The notes beneath the pieces are model-generated. The model did not search any database and was not told the DNA's origin. It worked only from the letters and a program-made list of their open reading frames with translations. Shown piece by piece: positions 42,225 through 54,580 of a stretch of DNA of 64,000 bases; the stretch's first letter is position 1; the number at the start of each line of letters is the position of its first letter. A program made the translations under genes and the position numbers. The DNA is from Octopus vulgaris (lineage: Eukaryota), in contig OX597826.1 of assembly GCA_951406725.2 (NCBI GenBank), positions 15,500,001 to 15,564,000 on the forward strand, given 5' to 3'.

Positions 42225-42436
42225 ATATATATATATATAAAATAAGTTTAAAAACCGAACACAAAGGACATCGCGGTACACGTGTTTCAAGCTTTATAAA
42301 CAATCCGCTTGAAACACGTGTACCGCGATATCCTTTGTGTCCTGTTTTTAATTTTATTTGATATATTCTCTCTCACCTCTGCCACTATCTGGCATATACA
42401 TGTGGTTACACTTATCACGTATTCACCCAAAATTTA

Positions 42437-42440
<4 letters not shown>
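42225..42440. repeat. Inverted repeat of the PLE-like end also seen at 21450-21587
   Basis: ACACAAAGGACATCGCGGTACACGTGTTTCAAGC / GCTTGAAACACGTGTACCGCGATATCCTTTGTGT around a 14-bp loop. Confidence 0.8.
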
Positions 42441-42467
<27 letters not shown>

Positions 42468-42605
42468 ACAGAAGCAGGGATAGCAAAATCTTATAAAAGT
42501 ACTGGTTAATATACTACAGAAAGAGTGCTGAACTTTATATTTAATACACCACTGCTAGGTATCTATATAAACCGTGGTTTATATATCTTTCTATCTATCT
42601 ATCTA

Positions 42606-42661
<56 letters not shown>

Positions 42662-42894
42662 CATATATTAATCAATATAGGGTGGCAAAAAAAAATTTTG
42701 TAGAATTCTTTTGCCACCAGCGGCCTAGTGGGAAAAAATTAAATAGTCATAGACCATTTTTAAGTTCAACATCAACAATCAAGGAACGGCCATAATAGGC
42801 CATTCACCCACTAGAAATAACAGCCAAAGCTTCAACCGCAAATAAAAATTAATTCCGTAAACCAGGAGAAAATTTAAAAAACATTTACCCTGTA

Positions 42895-43001
42895 ATTTCT
42901 TATACGATATACCGTTTCATCTGCTGATTAATGGTAAACTAACCTGATTAAATTAAATCAAGCCAATCTTCCAAAGGCCCTAAGATTCTTCAGTAAGAAA
43001 T
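42895..43001 (-). ncRNA. Type I hammerhead ribozyme, copy 1
   Basis: Minus strand: atttctta CTGAAGA atct...agat GAAA cggtatatcg TA^ taagaaat; 8-bp stem I, canonical core, GUA cleavage triplet. Confidence 0.85.
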
Positions 43002-43386
43002 AGCCCAAGTCGGAACAGATATTTTCACGAGGCATTTCCGACCTTGCCAAGTTTATATCTGACCTAAAATTTTCAAATCGTCGCACTCGCGCCAAATTTA
43101 TCGGCAGCAAATAAATATAAGCCGTCGATTCCATTACGGAATTAACCAGAAAATTCATAATTAATCAATATAGGGTGGCAAAAAAAAATTTGTAGAATTC
43201 TTTTGCCACCAGCGGCCTAGTGGGAAAAAATTAAATAGTCATAGACCATTTTTAAGTTCAACATCAACAATCAAGGAACGGCCATAATAGGCCATTCACC
43301 CACTAGAAATAACAGCCAAAGCTTCAACCGCAAATAAAAATTAATTCCGTAAACCAGGAGAAAATTTAAAAAACATTTACCCTGTA

Positions 43387-43493
43387 ATTTCTTATACGAT
43401 ATACCGTTTCATCTGCTGATTAATGGTAAACTAACCTGATTAAATTAAATCAAGCCAATCTTCCAAAGGCCCTCAGATTCTTCAGTAAGAAAT
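43387..43493 (-). ncRNA. Type I hammerhead ribozyme, copy 2
   Basis: Same fold as copy 1; stem II atctg/cagat is one pair longer. Confidence 0.85.
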
Positions 43494-43740
43494 AGCCCAA
43501 GTCGGAACAGATATTTTCACGAGGCATTTCCGACCTTGCCAAGTTTATATCTGACCTAAAATTTTCAAATCGTCGCACTCGCGCCAAATTTATCGTATAA
43601 GTATATCGTATAAGAAATTACAGGGTAAATGTTTTTTAAATTTTCTCCTGGTTTACGGAATTAATTTTTATTTGCGGTTGAAGCTTTGGCTGTTATTTCT
43701 AGTGGGTGAATGGCCTATTATGGCCGTTCCTTGATTGTTG

Positions 43741-43778
<38 letters not shown>

Positions 43779-44171
43779 TTACGTCGGTGTGAGCGTATGT
43801 GTGCGTTTGCGTGTACATACATGCATACACACAAACGCGCTCACATACACACACACGCTCACACACACACACGCATTTATGTATACAAAATGAGACAAGA
43901 ACGCAAAATATCCAGACAGGTGATACAACAAAACATCCAGATGGAAAATACATAGAAAACAAGAACGGGTCATTCGGATTTTTCTTTCATCAATCGAGTT
44001 ATAGATTATCTTTGTAATTCCGACTGGTTATACTCGAAATTGCTCCAATCTGGCCAGCCCCAAGGAAACCTAAGCTAAGAGCATCAGATTCCTTGGAAGA
44101 AAACCGCGAATGTATACGAAAACAGGGACGGAAAAAACGGAGAATTTTACACAAATACAAATATATGTATA

Positions 44172-44172
44172 C

Positions 44173-44264
<92 letters not shown>

Positions 44265-44322
44265 ATATCTATCTATCTAACTATCTATCTATCTATCTAT
44301 CTATCCATTTATCTATCTAGCC

Positions 44323-44409
<87 letters not shown>

Positions 44410-44412
44410 CAT

Positions 44413-44450
<38 letters not shown>
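44172..44450. repeat. (CTAT/GATA)n microsatellite
   Basis: Direct reading. Confidence 0.97.
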
Positions 44451-44636
44451 GTTTGTCTGTCTGCTTGTCTGTCTGTCTGTCTTTCACTCTGCCTCATACA
44501 TTTATATTGGGATATATATATATATATATATAGTTATAGTTAATACAAACATGAAAACACAAAGAGAAAACACAACGCGAGGACGTGGAACAATTATAGT
44601 ATTATTGGACGCTCAGGAAGGAAGGGAAGAAGGAGG

Positions 44637-44671
44637 GTTCAACGTTTCGAGCGGAGCTCTTCGTCAGAAAC
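44637..44671 (-). ncRNA. Minimal hammerhead motif in a short PLE-like fragment (~44535-44745)
   Basis: Minus strand: gttt CTGACGA a gagc tcc gctc GAAA cg TT gaac; palindromic AACGTT in place of stem III. Confidence 0.65.
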
Positions 44672-44766
44672 ATAGGAAAAGAAAAGGTCCAGAGAAGGGA
44701 AGACGGAGGGAAAAAATCGCCAACGGTACACACGCGGTCACATGTACATATATGTATATATATATA

Positions 44767-44814
<48 letters not shown>

Positions 44815-44929
44815 ATATATACATATATATGTTTATATATATGTGTGTGTATAATAAGACTTTCTCACCTTTCCGAGCGTTAATACAATACACCTATATG
44901 TTGTTTATACACCTGTCTTTTTTTCTTTG

Positions 44930-45120
44930 ATTCTTTTATTCGTTTCTGTCATTTGACTGAGGTCATGCTGGAGGACCGCCGTTAGTCGAACAAAATATCC
45001 CCAGAAGTTATTCTTTGTCAGCCTAGTACTTATTCTATCGGTCTCTTTTTCGCTAAGCCGCTATGTTACGGAGACTTTACCACACGAACATCGCTTGTCA
45101 TGCGATGGTGGGGAAGAAAC
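44930..45120 (-). mobile_element. SINE family A 3' half
   Basis: GTCATTTGACTGAGGTCATGCTGGAG...TAGTACTTATTCTATCGGTCTCTTTT matches 27236-27340. Confidence 0.78.
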
Positions 45121-46251
45121 ACACACAGACACGCACACACGCACAGACACACGCACACGCACACAAAAACACACTCACACTGACACACACACATATATGT
45201 ATGTATATGTGATGAAGATATATCTTTTATAAAATATATATGAAAGACACAGTTCCGGTAGTTGTTCAACCAAATTCGGTACAGTTTTGGAACTTATAAC
45301 TATAAGATATGTTGTAAGTATAATAACAAGAAGCCTGTATATATTATATAGTAAATGCGTATAATGCAAGTATCAAATAAACTGTATGAATATTGCAAAT
45401 GCGATATAAAGAACATCGATGACCTATTTAGTATACAAAGTTTAGATGCAAGATGAAGGAAAAAAAAAGCTACATTGATGTCATTTATAGATTTTCCACG
45501 TTGTCTTGATGGTGTCAGTCTAGCCAATCGAAAAAATATTCGGTCAACATCAAAGTTATGGCATTCTGTCGGTTTTAGGTGGAACTATGAAACAGGAAGT
45601 GTTTAAATGACCACATCGTAACGTAAATTGTTTGAAAGGATTGTAAAGATGAGTAGAATTAGGAGAAAAAATATTATAGTGAAAACATGGGTATTAAGAT
45701 ATTTATATAGAGATAAGGAGTAAAAGTGGTAAGAGAAGTGGAGGGAACAGGGAACAGAGAAATGAAAGGAAAGAGAGTAAAAAACGTTAACGAGCATTGA
45801 GGAAACAAATGCCGAATGTGACATGCGCAAAGAAAGAAATATGTGAAAGGCATAGAAAGGCATGTGATGAGAGTGTAAACTAAAGATATACATTTATATT
45901 ATGTATCTATTCCTACTTCTGTCAAACTATATATTTTTCTTCTTATTATGGATTTATTCATATTTCTGTCTATTTATTTTTCTGCCTATTTCTATATTCA
46001 TTCGTGAAAATACATTAGGACAATGAGATATAAAGCTTGGAGCAACTGGAATATAAAAATGTTTTAGAAATATATACAGAAGTATCCTAACTGAGCAAAA
46101 GGAAATCCCAGTGGCATTAACGTCACACAGGGCCAACTAGAACACAGCATGCCGGTTTCGTTTTCCAGTAATATTGGTGTATATGGTGTATATATGTTTT
46201 CGTGCGTGTTTCAATGTGTGGATATATGTATGTGTGTCTATAATGATGATG

Positions 46252-47365
<1,114 letters not shown>

Positions 47366-47967
47366 AATAATAATAATAATTATTATTATTATCATTATTA
47401 TTATTATTACTATTATTATTATTATATTATTAATGTTATCATTATTATTGTTTATTATTATTAGTATATTTTCAAAGAATTGACGTAACTCTTCACAAAG
47501 GTAAACGGACAAGACCAAAAGCATGATGCGATTGTAATAGATATTTTATTGGTTGAACGATATTTTGACAGCAAGCCTGTCTTTGTCGAGTTCAAAATGA
47601 AAAGTGATAAGAATTGAAATTTATAAATATTCAAAACTAAAATACGAACGCGAACAAACAGCGTTTACACGTTGATGGAATGACATCGTCAGTCTTCAAG
47701 TTTCAATTTTTCAACTGGCAAAAAGAAAAAAGAAAGAAAAAAGAGAAAAAGGAAAGAAAAAAGAGAAGGAAAAAGATGAAGAATATTAAGCAGTTTTGAG
47801 TAAATTTGATGAACGTCTCCTATCGTTTTATTTTCTGAGAATATGCACTTTTAAGTCTTTTTCAAAACTGGAGACGTTTGATGGAAAATATTCGGCGTTT
47901 TCTGTCGAAATACTGTACCTCCAACAGAGGTTAATAGTTCTCTTATATTTTTTATTTTATCTAAAGT

Positions 47968-48385
47968 CTACAATTGGTAGTCTGAGGAAATATTTGTTTG
48001 AAATAAGGATATTTTCCCGCAACATGCTGGTAATTTTTCATGAAACACTTTTGAAACGCCAGCGAAATTTCGGTGCCAGTTAATTACTAAAGGAATTCTG
48101 TCACATATTGTACTGTGCTTGCTAAAATTATGCATGGATTTGGTTTGATTTTCTTTGCTAATCTTAGCTATTTCATTTGCTATTTTCTTTAATCGTAATT
48201 CACTGTCATCACGATTGACAAGAATATTTTCATGTTTCCTGTAATTCCCTATATCAATGCAAATCTGTTTTATCCTCAATAATTGAGATTTCGGATTTGA
48301 CCGAATTATATGGTGGATGATCAGAGCGGCGGTGGAGGTAAATGCGGGATGACGTGGGCTTGCAAAATAACTTATCACCTTTCTA
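47968..48385 (-). mobile_element. Penelope-like element ORF fragment (RT thumb and linker)
   Basis: FCKPTSSRIYLHRRSDHPP (YRKPT...YLH..S.HP motif), then frameshift into PKSQLLRIKQIC...RIPLVINWHRNF..VSKVFH. Confidence 0.78.
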
Positions 48386-49029
48386 CCTCCAGAAAACTCA
48401 ACTTTTGTGTCCAAAAATTCAACGCTTGTTTTTGAAATACAAGATATAAAATTTACCTCTATGGGCTTATGTTGATATTTCTTTCGTAGTTATTATTATT
48501 ATTGATGTATCAACGAGAGACCAAGAGGCAACAGAAATGTGCATATATATAGAGGTCTTGTATAAATATGAATTTATAAGTAATTAGAATTTCAAATTTT
48601 ACTCACAGGTTTGGAGTTTTTGTATAGAATTATTGCTGTGTTTACATCTTTCCGCACATGTTGCTGGGGCGGTGCATCAAGGGAAAGCTATTTTTTGCGT
48701 ATATATACTCCTTACAACAAAAAAATATTTCACAGCGCTTACTTTTTACTTGAACATGGGTCATGGACATGTGTTGATGTTTCTTTCGTAATTATAATTA
48801 TTATTGATGTATCAGCAAGAGACCGGAAAAAGACAGCAATGTGCACATATAGACAGGTTTGTTTTGCTTTTAACTATGTTTTGTTTTTCTGTATATAGAT
48901 ATGCACAACGGACCCACCACATAAAATGCATACGAATTTTGATACTTGATAACTCATAATTTTAATCTTTTTTTCGAAATTTAATCTATGAGAAATAATC
49001 AAGTCAGTCAGATAAAGACTTCAACAGTA

Positions 49030-49500
49030 TTAGATAATGAAATACGCAAACGAAGAGAACATACACTTCAATAGGAAATTTCAAGCAGCTCCAATTCCGC
49101 AACTTATCAGATACAACTCTAAGAATGTTCGCAAGAATAATTCTGAAAGGTCATAGATATCAAAGAGCCCATCAAAGCAAAACTTGGTACTATAAGAGTA
49201 CTGCGAGTCTTCAAGTAGATCTGAGCAGCAAGTGTGTCTTGAGATAAGAATATCACAATCTAGCATTCATCGGAATTTGAAGTGCTTTCATGGAAAAAGT
49301 GATATTCCAAGAAAAGACTCTGTTCTTAGTAAATACGATCTGAATCGAAGAATGCAGTTTTGCGAATGAAAATTAGCAGGATGTGTAGAAGTTGCACACT
49401 TTGGAGCAGTAATTATATGAAGTGATTTAAATTATATGACTTGATTGCTGTCACAGTTGCACCGACTGGAGTTATGAGAAACATAATCCTACGAAGCAAC
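49030..49500 (+). mobile_element. Highly decayed Tc1/mariner-type transposase remnant
   Basis: SRSEQQVCLEIRISQSSIHRNLK and DLNRRMQFCE*...VII*SD resemble the HTH and WSDE regions. Confidence 0.5.
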
Positions 49501-52500
49501 ACCATATTAATTATTTGTTGGAGGATACTTTAAAAAATGTGGTGTATATAACTTGTATACAATCGGCAATAGTCGTCGGATTGATGGCAGCCGTTGAATG
49601 CGAAGGCGCAAAAATGCTGACGTTTACGATATCATTAGTTCAATTTACAACGGCCATCTGCGTTCATATATATATAGCATATATAGAATCATGGATAAAT
49701 ATATATATATAGCACTGAGAACAAAAAGATTCATTTATGACCTTGAATTTGATGCTTCAAAAGCTTACACTCGAGTTAGTGTCCCGAAATTTAAAAGAAT
49801 TGTTTCAGGACCGCATTTATTCTTATTATTAACTTCTTGAAAAATATGTGTTCAAAGATCTTCCTTTAATTATTTTGAAAGAATAAAGATTATTGCAATA
49901 GAAACTCTTTAAAGTATATCTTAAAGCGGAAAGAAAGTACGCTAAACTGCATATGAATAATAAAACACCATAACGAAGATAAAACAAAAATACTCTCCTG
50001 GCGTTAACAGAAAGCACCGCATGGCTAAAGTCTAATTAAAAATAGGTGAAGCAGAAACCGCATGACAAAAGCTCGATTAAATGAGCGAAGAAAGTATGGT
50101 ATGCCAGGAAGACGAAAGAAATTGAAATCATGGAAGATAATGTATATTAAAACGTATCGCTTTCTAAGATGCAGTTCTGCTGTAGTCAATAACTGACGGC
50201 ACAAAGCTAGGGATTTTCGGCAAGAATAACAGAAAGAAGTGAAAGTTTCTAAACCAATACAATTTGAATGTGAAGCATCAAACCATTGCTCGCCTTATAC
50301 TCAACACTGAACTAGAAATCTTGTAAAAAGTAAATTTGCATTTTTTCTAGTCGATAATTTCTTTGACAATATTACAAATTACAACAATGTCATGTTTATA
50401 ATTTCCTTAGGTTGCCGGGAAACCACAATATCTAATATCGATCCAATATCGAAATTGCGTGGAGAGGTTTATGACAGAATTAGGCCACATCAAATGTTTT
50501 CTCATATTTACTTTAACGACATGCTGCATGAAACAACAAAAGCTGTAAAACATCTAGATTGCCAACTCTAATGTGATAACAAAATTGCACGATTTCTTAC
50601 ATTGTTTCAATTCATATTTTTGTTTTTTTTCCTGCCAATAATTTACTTGACAATATGATAAGTTACATTAATACCTTGGCCTTAGCTTCCCTCAGTTGCC
50701 AGGAAGCCACAATCCAATAACAAAATTGAATGGAAAGGTTTATCGCAGAATTAGGTTACAAACTCCATTACAAAAGCTACATTCAAAAGTTGCCCAGATG
50801 TTCTTTATCAACATACTACGAGAAAAATTCCGCTTTGAATTTTGATTTGACATCCAAATCTTAAGAATGCTTATGTTGTTTCATTCTATATGTTAGAAAC
50901 TTCAAGTATGGTTTTAATCTGCACAAGTGAAACTGAGAGTCTAAGATACCAACTACAAGAGAAGTAGAAATTCCTGCAGCTCTGAAGCATCTGCAAGACT
51001 TCATAGAATTCCTCAGATTTTCCAGTTAAACATAAGCAAATTCTTTTTAATAGCCATCATTGTTCTACTTTATCTCCTATTCTTAATTCAATCTAATTTT
51101 TAGTTTTCTTAGATTTTCTTAATGTTTTTTTTTGTGGGTTATATTGTTTAACTTTACCATCTTTACTAATGGCACTGCTTTCAATTAATCTGTGAATATG
51201 AAGTCCAATTTGTCTCATCGGATAAAAATTGCTGCTGCTCACGAATGTAACTTTAATTCTTGCCTATTTGAAACGTTAAGTGTTTGATAATTTTTAGGTC
51301 TGCAAATATTAAACATATTTCAGTTATTAGTAATGCGAGATTTAATGATATTCGTATTTCTATGTCTGATATCATTCTGTCACGTGAAAAGTTTTTCTAG
51401 AGATATTTCTCTATACTATTATATTATTAGGCTCATTAGTGAAATCTGACTCGTGTTATTGACCTCATTATTATTTTCCCTCTGGATGCACTCTTTATCT
51501 ATACAACTCCCTTATTCGTCCTTGACGGACAGTTATTGCAACAGAGATCTGTATGAAATAACGCTGGTATACCGTTGTCACTTTTCCATTTTCTCTTCTT
51601 GCTCAAGTTCACAATGACCCTATTTAACAGCTAATCTTCAACTCCTTTCTCATCGAAGGCACATTGCTTCCTTTATTAATGATTCCATGATCATCCTTCA
51701 GTCGGAAATTGTCTGCGAATTCCAATCCTGTTACTGCTTTGGTCAAATCCTATAAAAAGTTTCTTCTATAATAGTTTCTTTAGTAAAATGTATTTTCCTT
51801 CTTTGAAATGGTCTTTATTTCTTTGAAAACTCGTATAGGTCATTTCAAGGGCAGCTCCTCGTTAGACTTTTTCTACTTTATTTTGTGAATTCTAATATAT
51901 AAATTATTACTTGAAGACTACTTTGTTGCCGATTGCTTGCCTCCTCATGGGAGTAAGTATCAATAAAAATAAAATGTGGGCCTACAACGTACGGATAAAC
52001 TGTTAAATTAAGATAATACATTCAATTTGGGAGGGAAATGAGAATTTCTGTTCAAATGTTTCCGTCCGTAGGGCAGGTATTCGGTTAGTAAACAAAATAT
52101 ATACAAGTTTTGAAAATTCATAAATAAATTGTAATATTGGTGAAGCTCAAGAGAATAAATGTTTCAGAAAATGAGAAAATATTGTAAGTTATTAGACTGA
52201 TGTTTACATACGAAGTGAAATGCTGCGGTATATAGAGAAACATATCTTTACAACTACTCGTATATACACAAGAAAGATTTTATGTTACTGATACAAGCAT
52301 ACACACACACATATATAGACTAGAATGTACATATATTCATACAAACAGTATGCATATATACATGTATTTATATACTTATACGCACACTTATATAATTATA
52401 TTCTTACATACAATAATCATGATTATATTTTGTAATTAGACGTGCGTGTCTGTCTGTATACATTCTCATGCGTATAAACACAGATGCATACATTTAAACA

Positions 52501-52543
52501 TACATACATACAGAAGTACATACTCATCCATATATATATATAT

Positions 52544-52621
<78 letters not shown>

Positions 52622-52770
52622 TGTATGTGTGTGTATCTCTGCCTCTGTTTGTGTGTATAAATTTAATCACACTATGTTTATACGCATGCGTATGTATACG
52701 GACAGACACATCTAATTATAAAATATATTCATGTATTATTGTATGTATGTATGTATGTATGTATCTATTT

Positions 52771-52830
<60 letters not shown>

Positions 52831-54199
52831 GTATATATGAGGATTGAGAGAGATACATATATAGATGATTAGATACATACATACATAATATCTTTGCGTG
52901 TGAATGTGTATATTTTTGCCTACGTGTATGCGCATCTGTCTCTATTGAGCAAAATCATTCTATTTTAAATTTCTCGTCAACATTTCATTCGATATGCACA
53001 ATAAAAGTCCCCCTTCCCCACTAACAATCCGACAATTTCCAATACTTCTATATCCCTTCACTATGTCCAACAACTACCATAACAATATACAACTAGAACT
53101 GTAAAAGTTAACAACCACAACAACAACAATTACACGTCCGTGTGCTTTTAGTGACTTTATCAAAGATGCTACTAAGTCAGTGCATTCTGTTTATAGCTTC
53201 CAATTCCCCAAGGAATAAATTTTTGTAGACATCTTTGCCGTAAATATATCTTAGATTTTCGTTATCAGATATAAAACAGACATACAAGAATGTATTTTTA
53301 TGGAGTCTAATGTTTATAGTGTTGAGAAAAATGGCTGGATAGTAACAATTCAAAGTTGACATTTACCACACTGGCCACTTCTCTTGGCATCAAATAGAAG
53401 CTAGACGGATATATAACGCGTCCATTGTTTGGTAAGTGGTCAACATATTAGTGGAGAAAAAAACTAAATAAATAAATGCATCGCTTGAGTGTATTCTAAT
53501 GTCATATTATTCTGTAAGATGGTGGTGATTGCTACTATTGACAGTGAGACTAATTGAACTAAAACGATTCTACGACGTGTGCCCCCTTCATATATATAAG
53601 TTAATAAGAGTTTGAGAAAATCATAAGAACCAGCCATCTATTTCTCTTTCTCTCTCTCTTTCACCTCTTCACTCCATTTTATGTCTACCTTTATACCTTA
53701 AGTGTGTACATTGATGCGTGTATATAGCTATGTGTTTGGTGTGTGCTGTTCCACGTGCGTTTAAGTGCATGTAGTTCACTATGCATTAAATATTTGCCTA
53801 CTATTTAGTCTAGGCGCCTCGATGACATTACATTCAACGGTATTTTTCTTAATAGAGTTGAAAAATGTAGATCACTGCCTAAAAAGAAATTACAGGGCCT
53901 CTTATTTTTTCTTACTCTGTATTTGATTGGAAAATAATATATTGTTTAGTTTCGAGCAAGTATAATATAATTGGCGTTTTTATCAGAGTGGATATTAAGT
54001 ATTCTTTCTGTTAGATGAGTGTATGAAGGTATTTGCTCGCTTGTTACCTGCGGCACGGTCAGTCAAGGAAAAATTTCCAGTAGAAATTATTTAGTGGATT
54101 CTTGTTAAAATCGTCGTTGCTCCTTGCGTTTTGTAGAATCCTTTGGTTGGATGATTTGCTTGGGGTGTCTGGGTAACAGATCAATGGAGGTTATATGAA

Positions 54200-54580
54200 G
54201 AAGATAAATATCGGGTGGGGTGTTTATCGTCACAGTTGTGTGCGTTCTAAGAGTTAGGAATAAATAAGTATTTAATGTACACAAGAATAAAAGAAATGAC
54301 CAGATGTGACAGAGTGTACATTAGAGAGAGCGCTGGATGCGTTGCATGTTGTGATGTTATAGAGCAGGAGACTCTCAAGCTAAGAGATGAGAGAGAGTAG
54401 ATTCCACAAACTGGTAGATTAGCTTGTGGAATCCTATAACAAATGCTTTGTTGATGTCGAGTGCAGCATATTTCTTTGAAAAAATAAAGAAAAACTCCTA
54501 ATAGAAACAAGAGATTATTGGTGAGTGACATGCAAGAGGAGGGCATATTAGAGGACCGTACTCGTTGCTGCCGAGGAGAG
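54200..54580 (-). mobile_element. Ancient non-LTR RT remnant
   Basis: AALDINKAFVIGFH (LDxxKAFD.V.H) followed by SFILVYIKYL (LF..YINDL). Confidence 0.5.

Larger units (their letters stand above)
42668..43742 (-). mobile_element. Young tandem 492-493 bp non-coding unit (about 1.9 copies) plus inverted partial copy, in (TA)n; retrozyme/PLE pseudo-LTR-like
   Basis: Unit 1 42668-43160 and unit 2 43161-43595 nearly identical; 43601-43742 is the reverse complement of ~42771-42912. Confidence 0.9.

Noticed and set aside
45215-45560. Possible GIY-YIG remnant (QMRYKEH)
   Set aside because: Too decayed to support by eye
47480-47935. Possible promoter or first exon (TGACGTAA, ATTGG, TTTGACAGC)
   Set aside because: Short motifs expected by chance; no downstream exon identified
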